Below are positions 21,603 through 30,675 of a stretch of DNA of 64,000 nucleotides, piece after piece. The position numbers were made by a program, and so were the translations under genes. Origin of the DNA: Acidobacteriota bacterium (GTDB lineage: Bacteria; Acidobacteriota; Vicinamibacteria; Vicinamibacterales; UBA2999); assembly GCA_030650395.1 (NCBI GenBank), contig JAUSDY010000063.1, positions 6,855 through 70,854 of the forward strand, written 5' to 3'. Numbering within the stretch: the stretch's first letter is position 1; the number at the start of each line of letters is the position of its first letter. The notes under the pieces are model-generated. The model was not told where the DNA came from and did not search any database. It saw only the letters and a program-made list of their open reading frames with translations.

Positions 21603-22424
21603 TTACTTCTGACAAACAGGACAAAAGAAGGTCGAACGGCCGATCTGCGTGATGCGCTTGATGCTGCCGCGGCACCCTTTAGTAAGACAGTGATTTCCCT
21701 CGCGTTCGTAGACGCGGAACCGGCCGCCGTCCGCGGCATACGAGCCACCGCAATCGATGGCATCGATCAGGACGGCCTTGATTGCAGCCGTCAGACGGAC
21801 GGCGCTGTCAAGCGGGGCCCCGCCGCGCGTGGCAATGGTCGATGCCTTTCGCCGCGGCGACAATCCGGCGCGGTGCAGTGCCTCGCTTGCGTAGATGTTG
21901 CCGATGCCGGCGACGACGCGCTGATCGAGCAGCGCGACCTTGAGCGAGGTCTTCTTGCCCTTGCAGGCGCGAGCGAGTACGGCGGCATCGAAGTCCGGGG
22001 ACAGGGGCTCGGGTCCGAGCTTGCTGAGCGTGGCATGACCCGCCATCGCCTTGCGCGTCACCAGGTCCATGAAACCGAAGCGCCGTGGATCGTTGAAGGT
22101 AATGGTCGCACTCGGCGACATCTCGAACACGACGTGATCGTGTTTATCGGCCTCTGCGCGGGCGGATGATCCGGCTTCGACGTTGAAGGAGCCCGACATG
22201 CCGAGATGCATCACCAGCGTGTCGCCCGATGACAACTCGATGAGCAGGTACTTGCCGCGGCGATCGACGCGGACCACCGTCTGGGTGCGAAGCCGCGCGG
22301 CGAACTTTCGGGGAAAGGACGTGCGCAGGTCCGGCCGGCGCAGCAGCACGCGCTCGAAGCGCGCGTCCTGCATGGCCGGCTCGAGCTCTCGCCGCGTCCG
22401 TTCGACTTCGGGCAGCTCAGGCAC
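21603..22424 (-). CDS. mutM: Formamidopyrimidine-DNA glycosylase
   Basis: MPELPEVE N-terminus; C-terminal CLTKGC...CPVC zinc finger; 273 aa. Confidence 0.9.
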   Translation of the reverse strand: MPELPEVERTRRELEPAMQDARFERVLLRRPDLRTSFPRKFAARLRTQTVVRVDRRGKYLLIELSSGDTLVMHLGMSGSFNVEAGSSARAEADKHDHVVFEMSPSATITFNDPRRFGFMDLVTRKAMAGHATLSKLGPEPLSPDFDAAVLARACKGKKTSLKVALLDQRVVAGIGNIYASEALHRAGLSPRRKASTIATRGGAPLDSAVRLTAAIKAVLIDAIDCGGSYAADGGRFRVYEREGNHCLTKGCRGSIKRITQIGRSTFFCPVCQK

Positions 22425-22442
22425 GCGACAGCAATGTTACGC

Positions 22443-23261
22443 TCACCGAACGAATTGCAGCACGTCTGCGATGATCCGCGTCTTGTGCGAGGCGAGCAAG
22501 CCGTGAGGCCCGCCTTCGTATTCGATCAACTTGCTGTTGGCGATGCCGGCTGCGGCCGCGCGCGCCGAGGCATCGATCGGCACCGTCTTGTCTTCGGTGC
22601 CGTGAATGATCAACGTCGGCACCGTGAAGGCCTTGAGGTCGGGACGAAAGTCGGTGGTGGCGAACGCGCCCGCACAGGCCAGCGTGGCCTTGAGGCCGGC
22701 GTGCATTGACAGGTCGCGCGACCATTCGAGCACTTCATCGCTGACCAGCTGCTTGCCGGAGCCGACGCCGTAGAAGTCCTTGAAGAATCCGGCCCAGAAC
22801 TTCGCGCGGTCGGCCTTGATGGCCGCGCCCGCTTGATCGAAAACCGCCTGGTCGGTCCCCTTGGGATTGTCAGCCGTTTTCAACATATAGGGAACGATCG
22901 ACGCAACGAGGATCGCCTGCTTCACATTCGCGGCGCCGTGGCGCGACAGGTAGCGGGCCACTTCGCCGCCACCCATCGAGAAGCCAAGCAGGGTGGCATC
23001 ACGAGCGCCGGTCTCGGCCAGCACGGCTGCGAGGTCGTCGGCCAGCGTGTCGTAGTCGTAGCCGTCCCAGGTCTGCTGCGATCGGCCGAACCCGCGGCGA
23101 TCGTAGGAGATAGCGCGAAGGCCGGCGTCGGCCAGCGCCATCGAAAGGTCGTCGAACGTCGCCGACGACAACGGCCAGCCGTGCATCATCACGACGGGGC
23201 GGCCCTTGCCCCAGTCCTTGAAGTACAGCTTCACGTTGTCGCGCGTGGTGATGTAACTCAT
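22443..23261 (-). CDS. Alpha/beta hydrolase (non-haem haloperoxidase/arylesterase-like)
   Basis: 272 aa; GFSMGGGE nucleophile elbow; HGWPLS start region typical of the subgroup. Confidence 0.85.
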   Translation of the reverse strand: MSYITTRDNVKLYFKDWGKGRPVVMMHGWPLSSATFDDLSMALADAGLRAISYDRRGFGRSQQTWDGYDYDTLADDLAAVLAETGARDATLLGFSMGGGEVARYLSRHGAANVKQAILVASIVPYMLKTADNPKGTDQAVFDQAGAAIKADRAKFWAGFFKDFYGVGSGKQLVSDEVLEWSRDLSMHAGLKATLACAGAFATTDFRPDLKAFTVPTLIIHGTEDKTVPIDASARAAAAGIANSKLIEYEGGPHGLLASHKTRIIADVLQFVR

Positions 23262-23328
23262 GTGCGGGTCCTCTCGTAACTGGCGGTTATGGCTGTGGAA
23301 CCTGCAGGAAGGGTGCCACGCTCACGGA

Positions 23329-24645
23329 TCAGGTCACGGCCGCGCGCACGCTGAAGCGCGGGTCGCCCCATTCGCCGTCCTTCAGGACCTCGTGCAAGCG
23401 ATCGACCGCGTCCCACACATCGACGAACCGCGTGTAAAGCGGGGTGAAACCAAACCTGAGGATGTCTGGCGCGCGGAAGTCGCCGATCACCCCTCGCGCG
23501 ATCAGCGCCTGCACGATCGCGTAGGCGCCGCCGGCATGCGCAAACGACACCTGGCTGCCCCGCGCGCCGGCGTCGCGCGGGGTGACCAGCTCGAGACCCA
23601 GCCCCGCGCAGCGCGACTCGACCAGCTCGATGAACAGATCGGTGAGCGCGACCGACTTCTGCCGGATCGCCGCGAGCCCGCCGCGGGCCTCGGCTGCCAG
23701 CACGGTATCGACGCCGCACTCGAGCGCCGCCAGCGACAACACCGGCGGGGTGCCGCAGACGAACCGCGCCATTCCGGCGGCAGGCCGGTAGTTGGGGGTG
23801 AAATCGAACGGCGCGGCGTGGCCGAGCCAGCCAGACAGCGGCTGCCGCCAGCCGGTGCGATCCATCCACGCGATGTGACGCGGATGCGCCCACGCAAACG
23901 CGGGAGCACCCGGACCGCCGTTCAGATACTTGTAGCCGCAGCCAACAGCGAAGTCGGCATCTTCGTTGGTGTCGCCGGTCACGAGACGAATCGGCATCGC
24001 TCCCGCAGAGTGGGCAAGATCCCAAATCACGATCGCGCCGGCGTCGTGCGCGGCGCGCGTGACATCAGCCATGTCGTGCATGCGGCCGGTGCGGTAATTG
24101 ACGTGCGTCAACATCAGGATGGCGAGCTGATCGTTGAGGTGCTCGGGGAGCTCGCTGTGATCGACGAGCACCAGCTCGAAGCCGTGGTCGCGTGCGAGCG
24201 TCTCGGCAATGTACAAGTCAGTGGGAAAGTTGGTGCGCTCCGAGACAATTCGCTTGCGGGTACTGATCGCCATCGCCGCGCTCAGGACCTTGTAGAGATT
24301 GATCGACGTCGAATCGGCAACGACGACTTCGCCCGCACCTGCACCGATCAGCCGCGCGATTTTGGCGGCGATGCGCTGCGATAGGTCAATCCATCCCCTC
24401 GACTCGGAAGACCTCGCTCGGGACAAGCCCGCCGTCGAGTTCCAGCTGCGAATCAATCCGACGCCCCACTCATCTTCCACGACCGTGCGCACCCGGACAG
24501 CGGTTGCCCTCGGCACGACGCCGAGCGAGTTGCCGTCGAGATAGATGACGGCCGCTTCGTCAACCCGCTCCAGCGCGAATAGGCTCCGCAACGGTGCCAA
24601 TGGGTCGGCGGCGTCGCGAGCGGCAGAGTCGCTTCTTGAAAACAT
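23329..24645 (-). CDS. kynU: Kynureninase
   Basis: Near full-length colinearity with Pseudomonas KynU as I remember it: YLDGNSLG, IRSWNS, DSTSINLYKVL, CGYKYLNGGPG; carries one GC-rich insert. Confidence 0.9.
   Translation of the reverse strand: MFSRSDSAARDAADPLAPLRSLFALERVDEAAVIYLDGNSLGVVPRATAVRVRTVVEDEWGVGLIRSWNSTAGLSRARSSESRGWIDLSQRIAAKIARLIGAGAGEVVVADSTSINLYKVLSAAMAISTRKRIVSERTNFPTDLYIAETLARDHGFELVLVDHSELPEHLNDQLAILMLTHVNYRTGRMHDMADVTRAAHDAGAIVIWDLAHSAGAMPIRLVTGDTNEDADFAVGCGYKYLNGGPGAPAFAWAHPRHIAWMDRTGWRQPLSGWLGHAAPFDFTPNYRPAAGMARFVCGTPPVLSLAALECGVDTVLAAEARGGLAAIRQKSVALTDLFIELVESRCAGLGLELVTPRDAGARGSQVSFAHAGGAYAIVQALIARGVIGDFRAPDILRFGFTPLYTRFVDVWDAVDRLHEVLKDGEWGDPRFSVRAAVT
24395..24435 (+). 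repeat. Hairpin-less B-type element B3 inside kynU
   Basis: CCCCTCGACTCGG aag ACCTCGCTCGGGACAAGC...; encodes TAGLSRARSSESR between the conserved SWNS and GW.DLS. Confidence 0.6.
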
Positions 24646-24682
24646 CAGTGCAGAGTTCAGAGTTAAGAGTTCAGAGTCAACG
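24646..24682 (-). repeat. E-type intercistronic spacer E2 (kynB-kynU)
   Basis: Coding strand TTGACTCTGAACTCTTAACTCTGAACTCTGCACTG then ATG of kynU; the kynB stop TAA and last 5 codons lie inside the repeat. Confidence 0.75.
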
Positions 24683-25298
24683 ATCGCAACACGGCCCGCA
24701 CCGGCGAGGCGTCTGCGTCGATCAGCTTTAGCGGCAACGCGATCAGCTCGTAGTCGCCGGCCTCGACTTCATCGAGGACCAGGTTTTCCAGCACGCGCAT
24801 GTCGTGCTTCAACAGCCGTTGATGGCTATCGAGCGTTTTACTGCTGGCCGGGTCGACGGATTGGGAGTCGATTCCGACCAGCCGCACGCCAAGGCCGGCG
24901 AGCCAGTCGATGGTATCGGGCGCGAATGCCGAGAACTGGTCCGACCATTTCGCCGGCGCGTTCACGCACGTCCGCACCAGCACGCGGGGCGGAAGGGCGG
25001 CGACCGCGTGCTCGAGATGCGCTCGCGTGACGAGCGCGCCACGGTTGATGGCGTGGATCACGCGGCACGCGCCGAGATAGGGATCGAGATCGACCTGGCC
25101 GATCGCGCTGGCGCCGGCTGCGTAATGCAGCGGCGCATCGGCATGCGCGCCCAGATGCGGCGACATCGTGATTGCGCTGACGTTGACGGGACAGCCGGGG
25201 CCGATCTGCGCGTTCCACCGTTGCGAGTAGACGGTGTCGCCGGGAAAGGCGGGTGTCGCCGGGAAGATCGGCGGTGAGATGTCCCAAAGGCGCGGCAT
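24663..25298 (-). CDS. kynB: Kynurenine formamidase (arylformamidase, cyclase family)
   Basis: HLGAHADAPLH is the HxGxHxDxPxH metal motif; 17 nt upstream of kynU. Confidence 0.85.
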   Translation of the reverse strand: MPRLWDISPPIFPATPAFPGDTVYSQRWNAQIGPGCPVNVSAITMSPHLGAHADAPLHYAAGASAIGQVDLDPYLGACRVIHAINRGALVTRAHLEHAVAALPPRVLVRTCVNAPAKWSDQFSAFAPDTIDWLAGLGVRLVGIDSQSVDPASSKTLDSHQRLLKHDMRVLENLVLDEVEAGDYELIALPLKLIDADASPVRAVLRSLTLNS

Positions 25299-25313
25299 GT
25301 TGAAAACACGATA

Positions 25314-25346
25314 AAGGCAAAAGGCAAAAGGCAGAAGGCAAAAGGG
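25314..25346. repeat. Tandem heptamer AAGGCA(A/G), about 4.7 copies
   Basis: Read directly; divergent region between kynB (-) and the permease (+). Confidence 0.8.
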
Positions 25347-25369
25347 CGTATGCGTGTACCCTACGCGGC

Positions 25370-26731
25370 ATGTCTTCCGCCAGCTCGGCGCCGCCGAGTG
25401 AATCGCTGGTCCGCGCGATCGGCACGTTCGGGCTCGCCGCCGGGATCATCAACATCACGATCGGCGGCGGCATCTTCCGCCTGCCTGCGAACGTGGCTGA
25501 ATCGCTCGGCGCCGCGGCGCCGATCGCCTATCTCGTCTGCGCCGTTGCGATGGGTTTGATCGTGCTGTGCATCGCCGACGCGGGCAGCCGGGTCTCGCTC
25601 ACCGGCGGGCCGTACGCCTACGTCGGCACGGCGTTCGGGCCGTATGCCGGCTTCATCTCGGGCGTGCTGTTATGGATGCTCGGCACATTCGCGACTGCCG
25701 CGGTGTCAACGGTGCTGGCCTCGAGCCTTGGGCTGCTGATGCCGGCCCTGGCCGGCCGCACGATGGAGATCGCGATCCTGGTGGTCGCCTACGGTTTCTG
25801 GTCGCTCATCAACCTGCGCGGGGTCACACTCGGCGTGCGGCTCAATTCGATCGCGACGGTGGCGAAGCTGCTGCCGCTGTTGCTGGTGGCAATCGGCGGA
25901 GCGTTCTTCGTGCAGAGCGAGAACCTGCGCATCGTGTCGATGCCCGCGGCGGCGGACGTCGCTCGCACCTCACTGCTGTTGATCTTCGCCTTCGCGGGGA
26001 TCGAATGCGCGCTCGTGCCGAGCGGCGAAGTGCGCGACACCGCGCGCACGGTTCCGCGCGCGATCGCGCTTGCCATGCTCGGCATCACCGCGCTCTACGT
26101 GGCGCTGCAAGTGGTGGCGCAGGGCATTCTTGGCAGCGGCCTCGCGCACGCCACCGTGTCGCCGCTCGCCGACGCCGCCGGCGCTTCACTCGGCGGCTGG
26201 GCACGCTCACTCTTGCTCGCCGGTGCGACCGTCTCGATGTTCGGCTACCTGGGCGGCATGACGCTCTCGATGCCGCGAATGCTGTTCGCACTCGCCCGCG
26301 ACGGCTTCCTGCCGCGCGCGCTGGCGTCGGTGCACCCGGTGCATCGCTCACCCCAGGCCGCCATCATCGCGCAGTCGCTTCTCGCGCTCGTGTTGGCCAT
26401 CTCCGGCACGTTCGAGAAACTCGCCATCCTCGCCAACGTCTCGGCGCTGGCGCTGTATTTCGGCTGCGCGCTGGCGTCGTGGCGGCTTCGTCAGCTCGGC
26501 GTGAGCGGCCCTTCGACTCGTTCCCGCCCCTTTCGGGGCGGGACCTCGCTCAGGGCAGGCGACGTGGTGCCATGGCTGGCGTGCGCCGTGATCGTGTGGC
26601 TGCTTACCGGCCTGACGCGCGACGAGTGGCTCGGCTTCGGCGTGTGCCTTGCGGCCGGAACGCTGGTGTATTTCTTGGCACGTTCGCGGAAGTTTAGTTC
26701 CGCGATCGACAGCAATAGAATGCAGGGATGA
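25370..26731 (+). CDS. APC-superfamily amino acid permease
   Basis: 453 aa, about 12 hydrophobic segments; C-terminal tail carries two repeat inserts. Confidence 0.85.
   Translation: MSSASSAPPSESLVRAIGTFGLAAGIINITIGGGIFRLPANVAESLGAAAPIAYLVCAVAMGLIVLCIADAGSRVSLTGGPYAYVGTAFGPYAGFISGVLLWMLGTFATAAVSTVLASSLGLLMPALAGRTMEIAILVVAYGFWSLINLRGVTLGVRLNSIATVAKLLPLLLVAIGGAFFVQSENLRIVSMPAAADVARTSLLLIFAFAGIECALVPSGEVRDTARTVPRAIALAMLGITALYVALQVVAQGILGSGLAHATVSPLADAAGASLGGWARSLLLAGATVSMFGYLGGMTLSMPRMLFALARDGFLPRALASVHPVHRSPQAAIIAQSLLALVLAISGTFEKLAILANVSALALYFGCALASWRLRQLGVSGPSTRSRPFRGGTSLRAGDVVPWLACAVIVWLLTGLTRDEWLGFGVCLAAGTLVYFLARSRKFSSAIDSNRMQG
26509..26561 (+). repeat. 53-nt composite GC-rich element B1
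   Basis: CCCTTCGACTCG tt CCCGCCCC tttc GGGGCGGG ACCTCGCTCAGGGCAGGCG; in frame in the permease (GPSTRSRPFRGGTSLRAG). Confidence 0.8.
26685..26704. repeat. Hairpin micro-element A10 (CGCGGAA subfamily, degenerate GTAG box)
   Basis: CGCGGAA GTTTAG TTCCGCG; in frame in the permease tail (SRKFSSA). Confidence 0.7.
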
Positions 26732-27717
26732 CTTCAACGCTCCCGATCCTGAAGACCGAGGATGTGCTGGAGGCCCTGCGCGGCCTCAGGACACGCCAGC
26801 CGGTCAAATACTGGGCTTTTTACTCCAGCCAGCTCGGTGGCATCGTCACCGACCCGGCGCTGATGGTGTTGCCGTTCGACGACCACATGGTCCATCGCGG
26901 GCACGGCATCTTCGACACCGCGGCGATCGTCGGCGGCAAGCTTTACGACCTCGACGCTCACCTCGACCGCTTCATCGCATCGGCCGAGCGTTCCAAGCTT
27001 CGCTTGCCGGGCACGCGCCAGCAAATGCGCGACATCATCATGGCCACCGCCGCTGCCAGCGGCAAACCCGACGGCGGCATCCGCTACTGGCTTTCATCCG
27101 GGCCCGGCAGTCTCGATCTCACCCCGGCCGCCGGCGCGGATCCCGGGTTCTTCGTCATGATCTTCGCCGGCCTCTCGTACCCCGAACGTTGGTACAACGA
27201 GGGGCTCAAGGTGATGACGACGACGTACCCGATCAAGCCGGCGCTCTACGCGATCACCAAAAGCACGAACTATCTGCCCAACGTGCTGATGCAGATGGAA
27301 GCGAAAGAAGTCGGTCTCGATAACGGCGTCTTCATCGACAAGGACGGCTTCATCGGCGAGAGCTCGAACATGAACGTGGCGTTCGTCACGCAGGACGGCG
27401 TGTTCCGCCATCCGAAGTTCGATCAGATCCTGTCGGGCTGCACGTCCAAGCGGCTGCTCGAGCTCGCGCCCCGATTGGTGGAGCGCGGTCTCATCAAAGG
27501 CGTTGAGGTCTGCGACATCCCGGTCGCCGACGCGCGCGCCGCGCGGGAGATGATGCTGTTCGGCAGCTCGATCAAGGTGGCGCCGATCGTCGAGTGGGAC
27601 AAGAAGCCGATCCACGACGGCAAGCCCGGACCGGTATCGAAGGCGCTACTCGAGCTGCTCGAGGAAGACATGCGGACGACGAGTCAGGGCCGGCTGGTCG
27701 ATCTGGGCACCCCATAA
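26728..27717 (+). CDS. Class IV (fold-type IV) aminotransferase
   Basis: 329 aa; HRGHGIFDT, NYLPNVLMQMEAKEVG, ESSNMNVAFV motifs; ATGA overlap with the permease; stop codon lies in a hairpin loop. Confidence 0.85.
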   Translation: MTSTLPILKTEDVLEALRGLRTRQPVKYWAFYSSQLGGIVTDPALMVLPFDDHMVHRGHGIFDTAAIVGGKLYDLDAHLDRFIASAERSKLRLPGTRQQMRDIIMATAAASGKPDGGIRYWLSSGPGSLDLTPAAGADPGFFVMIFAGLSYPERWYNEGLKVMTTTYPIKPALYAITKSTNYLPNVLMQMEAKEVGLDNGVFIDKDGFIGESSNMNVAFVTQDGVFRHPKFDQILSGCTSKRLLELAPRLVERGLIKGVEVCDIPVADARAAREMMLFGSSIKVAPIVEWDKKPIHDGKPGPVSKALLELLEEDMRTTSQGRLVDLGTP

Positions 27718-27730
27718 AGGGGTGCCCTAC
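27706..27730 (-). repeat. GTAG-hairpin micro-element A12
   Basis: + strand GGCACCCC ATAAA GGGGTGCC CTAC; the loop TAA (27715-27717) is the aminotransferase stop codon. Confidence 0.85.
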
Positions 27731-27734
27731 ATCG

Positions 27735-28040
27735 TTATTTCCCCAGCTCGACGATCGTGATGGCGTTCCAGTCGTTCATCGGAATCACCAGGCGATTGCG
27801 CTTCGAGTCGTAGGTCATCGACGCCGCGCTTGGAATGCCGGAAGCAATAATCTCCGCCTTCTGCCCCGGGCGGATGCGCGACACGGTGCCCTGCCGCACG
27901 CTGCTGACGTACTTGGTGCCGTCGGGAACGATGACGAGGCCATCGTTACCGGCGTCGACTGCCTGCTCGGTCGCCAGCAGCTTGCCGTCGGGCGAAAACG
28001 TCAGGACGTCGTTGGATCCTTGGATGACGACCGATCGATC
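27735..28040 (-). pseudogene. C-terminal fragment of a beta-propeller protein (SMP-30/NHL-like)
   Basis: Only the last ~100 codons of track ORF 27735..28232 look protein-like (VVIQGSNDVLTFSPDGKLLATE...NRLVIPMNDWNAITIVELGK); upstream part is a shadow of the neighbouring frame. Confidence 0.4.
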
Positions 28041-28759
28041 GGTTCCATCCGGTAGACCGGCGTCGGCTTGCCGTCGCGATCGTCGGTGACCAGGTAGATC
28101 AACCCATCGAGTCCCTGGCGGATGTCGCGGATGCGGCCCATCTGCGGCACCAGCGTTTCGCGCGGGCTCGTCGGCGTCAGCCGCACCAATTGCTGGCCGA
28201 CCATGCCACCGACAAAGAGATGGTTCCGCCACTGCGGAAACTTGTCGCCGGTGTAGAACATCATCCCGGAGATGCCGATCGACGGGACCCAGACCTGCAC
28301 CGGTTGTTCCATGCCCTCGCGGTGCGTGCCCGAATGAATCGCCAGCCCCGTCGTGTAGTTAACGCCGAACCCAACCACCGGCCAGCCGTAGTTGCGGCCC
28401 GGAAGAATGCGATTGAGCTCGTCACCGCCCTGCGGCCCGTGTTCGTTCGCCCACACCTCGCCGGTTTCCGGATGAATGGCGAGTCCCTGGACGTTGCGAT
28501 GCCCGTAACTCCAGATCTCGGGCCGCGCGTCCGCGCGGTTCACAAACGGATTGTCGGCCGGCACCCGGCCATCGTCATGCAGCCGGATAGTCTTGCCGTG
28601 GTGGTTCGACAGATCCTGCGCCGGGTGCGCTTCGAGCTTGCCTTCCGGCGGCACCTGGCGATCGCCGAGCGTGAGAAAGAGGAAGCCGTTCTTGTCGAAC
28701 GCAATCTTGCCGCCGAAGTGCCCGCGGCCGGTGGAGACTGATTCGAACAACTGCGTCAC
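28001..28759 (-). pseudogene. PQQ-dependent sugar dehydrogenase (YliI-like), N-terminal third missing
   Basis: HFGGKIAFDKNGFLFLTLGD, GHRNVQGLAIHP, GGDELN, NYGWP ... PVYRMEP motifs; homology starts at about residue 130 of a typical ~370-aa enzyme; no signal peptide. Confidence 0.65.
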
Positions 28760-28776
28760 GCCGGTGAGCCGATCGA

Positions 28777-28788
28777 GGGGTGCCCTAC
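28777..28788 (-). repeat. Half element A13 (right arm plus GTAG box only)
   Basis: + strand GGGGTGCC CTAC with no left arm; CTA (28785-28787) is the complement of the truncated pilT stop TAG. Confidence 0.6.
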
Positions 28789-29597
28789 CTCATGATCAGC
28801 GAGTCTTCATCGGGCACATCCGCCAGCTGCACGCGCAGGTTGCCGGCGTTGGTGGCGTAAAGGTACGCGGTCAACGCGATCTCGATGGTCTCGCGGTCGC
28901 GCATCTCGCCGACTAGAATCACCTTCGGCGCCTGCCGCAGCGCGGCGCGCAGCGCCAGCGCGAACGTCGGCGTGTCGTTGTGCAGCTCGCGCTGGTGGAC
29001 GGTGCCCATCTTGTGGACGTGCAGGAACTCGATCGGGTCCTCGATGGTGAGGATGTGCTCGGCGCGGCTTTCGTTGATCAAATCGATGATCGCGGCCAGC
29101 GTGGACGACTTGCCGGAGCCGGTCGGGCCGGTCACCAGCACGATGCCGTTCTTGAGCGTGGCCGTGTCGGCAATCGCGGGCGGCAGGTTCAGCTCCTCGA
29201 TGCTGGGAATCTTCGACGCGATCATCCGCATCACGATCGCGAACGTGTTGCGCTGCTTGAAGACGTTGACGCGAAACCGGCACCGGTCGGGCAGCGAATA
29301 CGACAGATCGGTCGCGCCCTGTTCTTTCAGCGTCTTCAACACGTGCTCGTTGCCGTTGATCAGGTCGCAGGCGATGCCGGCCGTATCTTCCGGCCGCAGC
29401 ACCGGCAGCTCGGGCACCGAGACGGGCATCAAGTTGCCGTGCCGCTCGACCTGCGGCGGGCGCCAGGGTGAGAACACCAGGTCGCTGATGCCGTCGCCCG
29501 AGTCAATCAACGCCAGGATGACTGCCGGCGTCGGCAAGGCGCGGGTCTTGTCGGTGCCAAACAGTGCGTCGTTCAGGGTAGAAGCCGGGGTCGTCAT
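28785..29597 (-). pseudogene. pilT: PilT-like type IV pilus retraction ATPase, C-terminally truncated
   Basis: Walker A GPTGSGKSST, Asp box, Walker B ILVGEMRD present, but the sequence diverges after ETIEIALTA; the His box (TGHLV..TLHT) is absent; 270 aa versus about 345-370 typical. Confidence 0.65.
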
Positions 29598-29615
29598 AGT
29601 CGGAGCGTTAGCTTA

Positions 29616-29668
29616 CCCTTCGACTCGATCCCGCCGCTATAGCGGCGGGATCTCGCTCAGGGCAGGCG
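29616..29668 (+). repeat. 53-nt composite GC-rich element B2
   Basis: CCCTTCGACTCG at CCCGCCGC tata GCGGCGGG ATCTCGCTCAGGGCAGGCG; intergenic; 47/53 identical to B1 with a compensated stem change. Confidence 0.8.
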
Positions 29669-29774
29669 CTCCCCTCAGAGCAGGCCGATCGCAAAAAACA
29701 GGCCGAAAAGCACGACGAGATTCGGCGGATGTTCGAGGCGGAGCTGGCGGGATTGCGGAAGACGGGAGGACACG

Positions 29775-30674
29775 GTGAGTGATCCGTTCATCATCGAGAC
29801 GGCCGGACTCCACAAGAACTACGACGGTATCGAAGCGCTGCGCGGCCTGACCCTCCAGGTGCCGGCTGGCTCGATCTTCGGGTTCCTGGGCAGAAACGGC
29901 GCCGGCAAGACGACGACGATCAAGATCCTGCTCGGCCTGGCAAAGCCGACCAGCGGCAAGGCGCACGTCTTCGGGCTCGATGCCGACGATCAGGCGGCGA
30001 GCGTCGCGATCCGACGCCGCACGGCGTTTGTCAGCGACGAAAAGGATCTCTACGACTACATGACCGTGGGCGAGATGATTCGGTTCACCGCCTCCTTCTT
30101 CCCGAAATGGCGCGCCGACATGGAGGAGCGGCAACTGCGCCGCTTCGACTTGCGACGCGAGCGGCCGATCAAAGGACTGTCGCGCGGCATGCGCACCAAG
30201 CTTTCGCTGCTGCTCGCGCTGTGCCGCGGCGCCGAGCTGCTGATCCTCGATGAGCCGACCTCGGGCCTCGACCCCGTCGTGACCGAAGAGGTGCTGCAGG
30301 CGCTCGTCTCCGGCGTGGCCGGCGAAGCGATGACAGTGTTCTTCTCGTCGCACCAGATTAGCGAGGTCGATCAAATCGCCGATCACGTCGCGATCATCGA
30401 TCGCGGGCAGTTGGCGATCTCGGGTGCGCTCGACGACCTGCGCCAGAATTATCGGCGCATCCAACTGGTCTTCGAGGGCGACGCGCCGAACGTCAAGTTC
30501 CACCCCGCCGGCGTCAGGCGCGTGCAGCGCAAGGGCCGCGTCCTCACGATTCTCTCCAGTGCCGGGACCGAGCAAATCCTGGACGAAGCCAAACGCTACC
30601 GTCCCGTCTCGATCGACGTCGTCCCCGTCACGCTGAAAGACATTTTTCTCGAAACCGTTGCCGCGGAGGACTGA
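29775..30674 (+). CDS. ABC transporter ATP-binding protein
   Basis: GTG start 4 nt after GGGAGGA; Walker A GRNGAGKTT, signature LSRGMRTKLSL, Walker B LLILDEPTSGLD. Confidence 0.9.
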   Translation: MSDPFIIETAGLHKNYDGIEALRGLTLQVPAGSIFGFLGRNGAGKTTTIKILLGLAKPTSGKAHVFGLDADDQAASVAIRRRTAFVSDEKDLYDYMTVGEMIRFTASFFPKWRADMEERQLRRFDLRRERPIKGLSRGMRTKLSLLLALCRGAELLILDEPTSGLDPVVTEEVLQALVSGVAGEAMTVFFSSHQISEVDQIADHVAIIDRGQLAISGALDDLRQNYRRIQLVFEGDAPNVKFHPAGVRRVQRKGRVLTILSSAGTEQILDEAKRYRPVSIDVVPVTLKDIFLETVAAED

Positions 30675-30675
30675 C

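Noticed and set aside
21668-21685. ggcacccTTTAgtaagac, resembling the left arm and loop of a hairpin element, inside mutM
   Set aside because: There is no complementary right arm and no GTAG box. The sequence encodes the conserved zinc-finger residues TKGC, so it is most likely coincidental.
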